From Carcharhinus amblyrhynchos (lineage: Eukaryota): a stretch of 64,000 bases of DNA. Below are positions 61,001 through 64,000 of the stretch, in pieces (position 1 is the stretch's first letter; each line of letters starts with the position of its first letter). The notes beneath the pieces were generated by a model that worked only from the letters and a program-made list of their open reading frames with translations, was not told where the DNA came from and did no database searches. Made by a program: the position numbers and the translations under genes. The DNA lies in the NCBI GenBank assembly GCA_965287045.1, contig OZ336870.1:132060001-132124000 (forward strand). The letters run 5' to 3'.

Positions 61001-63101
61001 CAATTAAGTTCAGATCCAAACTTTGTTTTACACTAGTTGTAGATTAATGGGAAATCAGCTTTGTATGTGAAGTAAATTAAATGTGCCTATACGAATGCAT
61101 AATCAAAGTTAATATCTGTATGAAATTGGTGTCAGACTGTCAGTTTACTATGTTTGGATGTAAGCTGGAGGTTATGTGGCTCCTTATTTCTTTCTTTTCC
61201 CAGATCAAAATGATGAACTGAATCTTAAGTCAGGAGATACTGTGTACTTGCTGGAGAAATTGGACAAAGAATGGTTTAATGGGAAATGCAAGGGGCATAC
61301 TGGGATTTTTCCTGCCAACTTTGTCAAAGTTATTGTAAGTTGTTGGTTGAAAATTTCCTCAATTAAAAATACTAATCCTGATTTTAGTACCAACAGTTTG
61401 GGCAAGTTTTTTGTTTTTTGATAAATCTACTCCTTTGATTTATCTTCCTTGGTTCCTTCCTGGTTTCATCTCCTTATTTGAAACTAATAAGTCATAATGG
61501 AAGAGTTTCATAGGCAGCTCTCTTCATTTACCATCTCTCCAAATGATATTGTCATGCTTGAGAACAGAAAATATGGGCAAGTTTCCTGGACAAAAGGAGG
61601 TGGGTTTTATGTGTACCAAGGGAGTTAAATCCCCAAAATTTAACATTGGTTCTGAGGCCATCAGAAATCCTGCTGGATCTAGCAGGAAACTAATCAACAG
61701 CAATTAAGAGCTTGTTTAACCCTGGGTATTGGATTTCCTAGGCAGGGCATCTACTTTTAACATCTGTTAGCAACTCACCTGAGTCTCTGAGGTTGAGGTG
61801 AATGCACATTTGGAAGAGCTTCTTCAGTGAAACTTAACACACTAGGAAGCTTTTCATCAGTGAAACCGAGGAGATGCAGTCCTGGGCAGGTGAAAGGCTG
61901 CCCTTCAAAGCAATCCTTTTCTGAGAGTGATATTACTGCTTGACAAGTGGTTGCAAACTTTCTTGAAAGACACTTCACTCACCTCTGGGAATACGTCCTT
62001 GCTGCCAACCATCACCAAGACATAGGGGCAGCTCCACCTTGCCCCTCTCCTGAATGGCAAGAACAAAAGTAGCAACACCATTTCCAACAGCACAATGAGT
62101 TGCCTTTTCCTCAGCCTCATACCCCTCGAAAGGGCAGAGGGGTTGGACAGTTTCCTTGTGGGGAGGATCAGTAGTTGTGGTTGCAATGGGTTTAAACTAA
62201 ATTGGCAGGAACTGGGCACCAGAATAAAGAAACAGCAAAAAGGAATAATGCACATAAAGGAATGAGAGTGCTGGATAGTATTAAAGAACGCAGTACTACC
62301 ATGTTAAATGGAGCTGACTAAGAAGGACTATGAGGATAAGAAGTATTTAGAATGCACGCTTGTAAGCACACACACTGATGAATAAGGTTGGTGAGTTACA
62401 AAAGCGAATCACCAAGTGGGAATAGAATGTAGTGGCAAAATGAAAAGGCTAAGTAAGTTTGGTGACTTTGCAACTACAGGGGCTACACTCCCTCCATATG
62501 TAGGTGCCAACGTCTGTGACAACAAAACTGGTTCCTATTTCCCAGGTCATCCTCTCTTTTTCTTTATCCCTCTCCACTAGGCAGCACTCACAATGGGAAG
62601 TCATGCTTGATTTTCGCTCTTCTGAAATACACCACCTGTAACATTTCGGTGGCAGCTAGGGATGGGCAATAAATGCTGGCCCTGTCAGCAACACTCAACC
62701 TGAAAAAGGGATTTTTTTTAAAAAATTCAGGATGGGTTTGGCATTCAGAGTGTGTAAAGCAGCAGTGAAGACTGGTTCCGCTTCCCATCAATATTCTTTT
62801 CCTCTTTTTAGAAAGTATTCCACTCAGTAGCTTCATGATGATCTGCTTGAGCTTTGGAATTCCCCATATGAAGAAACTATTGAAATGAATATTCCACAAT
62901 AGAGGAATATTAAATGTTGTAAAATTCCCATTGTTTGTATTGCACATGTCTGATTACATTATTCTTGAGGTCAGTTTTGAATACTGATGACTACAATGTT
63001 GTAACCTGACTAATTTCTTTTTGATAGGTTGATTTACCTACAGATGACTCACAGGAGAGCAATGTGAAGAAAGTTGCATTTAAATCAACTTCACTTGTCA
63101 G
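3956..63101 (+). CDS. SH3D19: SH3 domain-containing protein 19 (multi-exon, partial: 15 exons in window, 5' and 3' ends outside)
   Basis: The spliced translation matches recalled vertebrate SH3D19 blocks in order: RNKP..GPLSTIKAAIKR..RRRPDITVIAAEP..PPSYEQVI..TQT..RIKAFE..KPSVAPKP..DLISFDDD..DPFQ..RKPTVIRIP..SPPPLP..KVPPARPPP..KSQVF..LPPRPAPGHPLYNKY..VPHGIA..KIITPLDE..APHAIVLHDF..GIFPANFVKVI. All junction phases are consistent. Confidence 0.95.
4292..4626 (+). mobile_element. HE1-like V-SINE
   Basis: tggcacagtggttagc...ggttcgattcc head, V domain, atggcctcct 3' region. Confidence 0.85.
5560..5730 (+). mobile_element. Penelope-like element terminus with hammerhead-like motif
   Basis: ttgacaaagggtcatttggacctgaaacatcagctc...gatgcagccagacctgctgag...ccagcatttt; related copies at 28581, 29281, 13370, 18930. 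Confidence 0.7.
6709..7190. mobile_element. MITE-like GC-rich insertion inside the L2
   Basis: Imperfect inverted ends (ctgtattttac...ttaaaatcccaac); L2 sequence resumes at 7191. Confidence 0.45.
7836..9155 (-). mobile_element. CR1-clade (HER1-like) LINE, 5'-truncated, frameshifted RT
   Basis: Minus-strand ORFs ITSGVPQGSVLGPLLFAIFINDL, FNLEKCVVVHFG, RGDLIE..TRGH..FFTQRV; (ttctatg) tail at 7836. Confidence 0.93.
9291..9629 (-). mobile_element. HE1-like V-SINE, full length
   Basis: catagaatcatagaa tail, V domain, gtgctaaccactgtg head (reverse complement). Confidence 0.88.
9920..10190 (+). mobile_element. V-SINE, tail type B (an isolated tail also at 9765-9826)
   Basis: ggttcgattcc B box, V domain, cacagtaacttaattgcagtgtt tail. 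Confidence 0.85.
13040..13465 (+). mobile_element. Old Penelope-like fragment
   Basis: Pyrimidine-rich body ending gttaac...gctgcctg...ttccagcatttttctgtttt. Confidence 0.45.
15073..15345 (-). mobile_element. HE1-like V-SINE
   Basis: catagaacccctacagtgcag tail; agcagtgcttgccactgtgctgccc head (reverse complement). Confidence 0.85.
15389..15873 (-). mobile_element. CR1 LINE 3' fragment
   Basis: (cataagaa)2 tail; minus-strand RFTRLIPEMRGLAYEERLSRLGLYSLEFRRL. Confidence 0.9.
15877..16124 (-). pseudogene. Decayed 28S rRNA fragment
   Basis: Reverse complement of vertebrate 28S: tccttatcccaaagttac...ttacctacattgttc...caacatgccagaggctgttcaccttggagacctgct...atgggtacgg; many differences are CG to TG/CA. 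Confidence 0.9.
17362..17680 (-). mobile_element. DeuSINE (SacSINE1/AmnSINE1-like)
   Basis: cttgcatttatatagtgcctttc L2-type tail; gagggataaatattggcc and ctcttccaaatagtgtcatgg Deu-domain-like blocks. Confidence 0.7.
18241..18794. mobile_element. MITE-like element
   Basis: Inverted ends ggatttttaaccctt / aaggggcaaaaatcc. Confidence 0.4.
21540..22609 (+). promoter_or_regulatory. Candidate internal promoter / alternative first exon
   Basis: Stretch with no recognisable repeats, local CpG retention, GGGAAATCCC kB site (21671-21680), CCCGCC GC box (22402-22407), ATG|gtaagc donor at 22609/22610. Confidence 0.4.
23540..23580 (+). CDS. SH3D19: SH3D19 exon (41 nt, phase 2 to 1): (S)HGPLSTIKAAIKR
   Basis: ttttaaaacag acceptor, A|gtaagt donor; resembles SQGPLSSIRAVIKR. 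Confidence 0.9.
23821..24370. mobile_element. Non-autonomous DNA transposon (PIF/Harbinger-like MITE)
   Basis: Imperfect TIRs GGATGGGATTTTC / GAAAATACCCGCCC flanked by ACT on both sides (3-bp TSD). Confidence 0.5.
24958..25532 (-). mobile_element. HE1-like V-SINE split by an insertion in its tRNA head
   Basis: SINE runs 24958-25240, then resumes at about 25497 (tgaggcag...taaccattgtgccacc). Confidence 0.8.
25241..25496 (-). mobile_element. Retroelement 3' tail with (CAAAT)n end, possibly Rex1/Babar-like
   Basis: atttgatttgatttattattggcacatgtattagtatacagtgaaaagtattg. Confidence 0.55.
26527..26572 (+). CDS. SH3D19: SH3D19 exon (46 nt, phase 1 to 2): (T)SIRTSSQTELRRER
   Basis: atttag acceptor, AG|gtatga donor; resembles SSRTSIQSELHRDR. 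Confidence 0.9.
26921..27150 (-). mobile_element. Young CR1 3' fragment
   Basis: aagaacataagaaataggagcaggagtaggccatctagccc; CpGs retained; same family as 15389. Confidence 0.85.
27501..27623 (-). mobile_element. V-SINE type B tail fragment
   Basis: taaagtttatttattagtgt...taggcttacatt...gccacactctggcacctgtt. Confidence 0.7.
27716..27863 (+). CDS. SH3D19: SH3D19 exon (148 nt, phase 2 to 0): RPDITVIAAEPIGPSSWYPG...VAAE
   Basis: ctctcag acceptor, GAA|gtaagg donor; conserved RP(D/E)IT(V/I)xAAEP. Confidence 0.93.
27962..28148 (+). CDS. SH3D19: SH3D19 exon (187 nt, phase 0 to 1): PPPSYEQVIREIN...ISTQTEF...PVT
   Basis: ttgcag acceptor after a 98-nt intron, CAG|gtagaa donor; conserved PPSYEQVI and TQT. 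Confidence 0.88.
28581..28724 (-). mobile_element. Penelope-like terminus
   Basis: tactgtggatgc...aatgctggagaaactcagc...ggatgacccttttgtcagagc. Confidence 0.7.
29281..29520. repeat. Inverted pair of Penelope-like termini (about 95-bp arms, 11-nt spacer)
   Basis: 29319-29414 is the near reverse complement of 29426-29520. Confidence 0.9.
29620..30740 (+). mobile_element. CR1 RT fragment interrupted by a nested LINE
   Basis: SPGQDELHPRALKEMA..DSGKIPA | WKVGNITPLFKKGGRE..NY, split at 29745/30382. Confidence 0.8.
29746..30381 (+). mobile_element. LINE 3' fragment (gggcaataaatg-tailed family); related copies at about 4634-4825, 12520-12960, 32030-32386 (+) and 41770-42550 (-)
   Basis: gactagccatataaatactgtggct...gatgcactgcaggaactcacc...aatcctggaactc...ttagggatgggcaataaatg + A-rich end. 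Confidence 0.75.
32454..33479 (+). CDS. SH3D19: SH3D19 large proline-rich exon (1026 nt, phase 1 to 1)
   Basis: ttttgttctag acceptor, G|gtaatg donor; ORF 32465-33637 contains RIKAFE, KPSVAPKP, VPVPAPRP, DLISFDDD. Confidence 0.93.
34910..35425 (+). mobile_element. Old CR1 3' fragment
   Basis: agactaagggtgatttgatc, gggcatggtctg, tggaactttct, aaatggccta. Confidence 0.65.
35466..35750 (+). mobile_element. HE1-like V-SINE
   Basis: gtgcagtggttagcac head, V domain, ggcctccttctgcactgtagggattc tail. Confidence 0.85.
35965..36078 (+). CDS. SH3D19: SH3D19 exon (114 nt, phase 1 to 1): (D)PFQTLP...RKPTVIRIPNKLDK
   Basis: cctaacag acceptor, AAG|gtaagt donor; conserved DPFQ and RKPTVIRIP. Confidence 0.93.
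36398..36501 (+). CDS. SH3D19: SH3D19 exon (104 nt, phase 1 to 0): (A)SSEDIESPPPLPVETPVGN...AVE
   Basis: tcactag acceptor, GAG|gtaaga donor; conserved SPPPLPxExPxGN. Confidence 0.92.
37298..37495 (-). mobile_element. HE1-like V-SINE 3' half
   Basis: tagaatcatagaatc tail, gaaggaagccatttggccc, atttagcatggcc. Confidence 0.8.
38170..38583 (+). mobile_element. Old CR1 3' fragment
   Basis: ccagaggacatagatttag...ctgtaggattctatggttctatg tail. Confidence 0.65.
39078..39130. repeat. 21-bp tandem repeat, about 2.5 copies
   Basis: (ctcctcatccaccctgcagtc)x2 + ctcctcatcca. Confidence 0.9.
39292..40173 (-). mobile_element. Solo LTR (ERV or other LTR retrotransposon), about 880 bp
   Basis: ACCAC direct repeats at 39287-39291 and 40174-40178; minus-strand termini TGATT...CTTACG (TG...CA with one change); AATAAA on minus strand at 39407-39412; the host repeat resumes across the insertion. 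Confidence 0.7.
40432..40800 (-). mobile_element. L2-clade LINE 3' end of a second family
   Basis: Minus-strand VSKVFGCNSFLFAAAND*HEIQLKLKL; tail gagaattggttctcaattgccttacctggctaaataaa. Confidence 0.65.
42614..42942 (-). mobile_element. HE1-like V-SINE, full length, young
   Basis: Intact head ggcagcacggtagcacagtggttagcactgc and gggttcgattcc (reverse complement). Confidence 0.92.
43050..44120 (-). mobile_element. RTE-clade LINE RT fragment
   Basis: Minus-strand FTFLG..IDTEASCRFTKISSVFDKLQECLWNNTGVSLQIKLKVYSAVVLTTL; DLTKA and GCPHKF remnants near 43950-44025. Confidence 0.75.
45448..45735 (-). mobile_element. V-SINE, tail type B, full length
   Basis: gtgtcacaagtaggcttacattaacact tail + V domain + tRNA head (reverse complement). 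Confidence 0.88.
48478..48557. repeat. Compound (TCC)n-(TC)n-poly(C) microsatellite
   Basis: Directly visible pyrimidine tract of about 80 nt. Confidence 0.95.
48930..49332 (+). mobile_element. Old CR1 3' fragment
   Basis: agggtaagggatgacttgatt, gggagcatattctaaaaattagagcc, gggctgaatggcttactcctgttcc. Confidence 0.65.
50393..50433 (+). CDS. SH3D19: SH3D19 small exon (41 nt, phase 0 to 2): NLSDVPGPAASQP(L)
   Basis: Long T-rich tract + ttcag acceptor, gtaagt donor; supplies exactly the phase change needed between the 36501 and 53100 exons; sequence weakly conserved. Confidence 0.75.
50560..50850 (-). mobile_element. V-SINE, tail type B, full length
   Basis: tcacaagcaggcttgcattaacactgcaatgaagttactgtg tail + head (reverse complement). 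Confidence 0.88.
51718..51968 (+). mobile_element. HE1-like V-SINE, 5'-truncated
   Basis: gagtttgcacattct V domain to ctgcactggagggattctatg tail. Confidence 0.8.
53100..53358 (+). CDS. SH3D19: SH3D19 exon (259 nt, phase 2 to 0): TVPGKVPPARPPP...PGHPLYNKYT
   Basis: ttccag acceptor, ACG|gtaatc donor; conserved KSQVF and LPPRPxPGHPLYxKY. Confidence 0.93.
55300..55580 (+). mobile_element. Old DeuSINE-like element (similar relics at about 34730-34910 and 46460-46740)
   Basis: gctgacacttcaatactgag...aaaccaaggcccc...aaattggctgctgcattttcctac. Confidence 0.5.
55744..55812 (+). CDS. SH3D19: SH3D19 exon (69 nt, phase 0 to 0), start of SH3-1: LPVPHGIAECDINSRVPGELSFQ
   Basis: ttttcag acceptor, CAG|gtgaga donor; resembles LSVPHGIANEDIVSQNPGELSCK. 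Confidence 0.93.
56339..56479 (+). CDS. SH3D19: SH3D19 exon (141 nt, phase 0 to 0), rest of SH3-1: QGEVLIL...CQKGLDTGKV...KIITPLDE
   Basis: Polypyrimidine tract + ctatag acceptor, AAG|gtcagt donor. Confidence 0.92.
58555..58630 (+). CDS. SH3D19: SH3D19 exon (76 nt, phase 0 to 1): KPIPSEQQLGESSAPHAIVLHDFTA
   Basis: ttttcttag acceptor, G|gtaagg donor; start of SH3-2 (AxVLHDF). Confidence 0.92.
60546..60842 (-). mobile_element. HE1-like V-SINE, full length
   Basis: tagaatcatagaatccc tail; gcagtgctaaccaccgtgcc head (reverse complement). Confidence 0.88.
61204..61334 (+). CDS. SH3D19: SH3D19 exon (131 nt, phase 1 to 0), SH3-2: (D)QNDELNLKSGDTVYLLEKLDKEWFNG...GIFPANFVKVI
   Basis: ttttcccag acceptor, gtaagt donor; canonical SH3 W and GxFPxN(Y/F)V motifs. 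Confidence 0.95.
63028..63101 (+). CDS. SH3D19: SH3D19 linker exon (74 nt): VDLPTDDSQESNVKKVAFKSTSLV; probable GC donor
   Basis: ctgactaat branch-point-like motif + tttttgatag acceptor; VDLP matches IDIP after SH3-2; best donor CAG|gcaagc; in-frame TAA at 63109 if unspliced. Confidence 0.75.
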
Positions 63102-64000
63102 GCAAGCCTAAATACTCCAGGAATCGTGAATCATTGATTAATTATTTAGTCCCCCTGCTGAACTTTAACATATTTCCCCTTTGAATTGTTGATTTCCAGA
63201 TGCAGTAGATTTTGCTATTTGAAAATGCTTTATTTATTCCTTTTTCTTTACCATTCAGCCAAGTACAATTTATATCACATTCATATCAATCCATCATGTT
63301 TTTGTGTTTATTGGGACTATTTATTTGATCAATTCATTAAATTTTATATCAGTTTTGAAAAGAACAATATTATTTGAATGTCCTCAGTTTGCACAAGTGA
63401 AGCTGCATCTGTACAAGCAATGAGACTCCATCATGTAGTGTAGGCAACACTGGTGTCAGTTTTAGCAGTATTGACACTAGAGTGAATGAATGAACATGCT
63501 CTGAGCTTATGAATGCAGACCAGTATTACAGTTGAGTAGTCCAGCTACAACTTGCCACATAATTATCACATTATGTAACTTGCAACCATAAATGCACCAT
63601 CACTCAACCTCTGTCGCATTGAAATCAAAATAATTTTGTCCTTCATTTCCAAGTTCAGATTGAACCACAATTGGTTTAAATAAATTACCCATCTTTACTT
63701 ACACTCACAAAATACATTATCAGAGTAAATTGTATAGTGTTGAACTGAGTGGTACACACCAGATGGCCTAGGTTTAATCCTGAATTTGTGCTAAATTGTG
63801 ACCTCTGGGTTCCAGAGGGGAAAACATCCAGGGTGCCCTGATACTAAGCTTTATCCAGTTACTTTTTCTAGTGAAGACAGATGTATGAATTCAGTTGTAG
63901 TGCTCTTAAAGTTAAATAACTTTCTAGACTCGCATGAACAAACAGCTATTTTGCTAAGGTATGGAAGAGATGGTAGCAATGATGATATTTTACCCCAGAA

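Noticed and set aside
237-63377. Remaining 60-140 aa ORFs in the track
   Set aside because: They fall in SINE or LINE relics (recurrent HCLCGVCTFS-type peptides) or are chance intronic ORFs with no recognisable homology.
63450-63480. 11-bp stem-loop (ctggtgtcagt / attgacactag) as a miRNA or ncRNA
   Set aside because: Too short for a pre-miRNA and expected by chance in 64 kb.

Overview
Vertebrate, almost certainly elasmobranch (shark), genomic DNA; the taxon is inferred from HE1/V-SINE and DeuSINE content. The whole window lies inside one + strand gene, the SH3D19 (EVE-1/EBP) orthologue. I reconstructed 15 coding exons between 3956 and 63101 (2503 nt; every junction is phase-compatible; about 833 codons). 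They encode the conserved N-terminal region, a long proline-rich region and the first two SH3 domains. The first exon and the last three SH3 domains lie outside the window. Introns are filled with tRNA-derived SINEs (two 3'-tail types), CR1, L2, RTE and Penelope-like fragments, MITE-like elements, a solo LTR and a decayed 28S rRNA fragment. There are no prokaryotic systems or CRISPR arrays. Best leads: (1) minimal hammerhead ribozyme motifs in Penelope termini with a compensatory U3-A8 core; (2) a solo LTR with a 5-bp TSD and a TAR-like R hairpin; (3) a candidate internal promoter and alternative first exon at about 21.5-22.6 kb; (4) a probable GC-AG donor; (5) a candidate poison exon; (6) a V-SINE with a swapped tail. 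Repeat boundaries are approximate, read by eye, and family names come from recalled consensus motifs rather than a database search.
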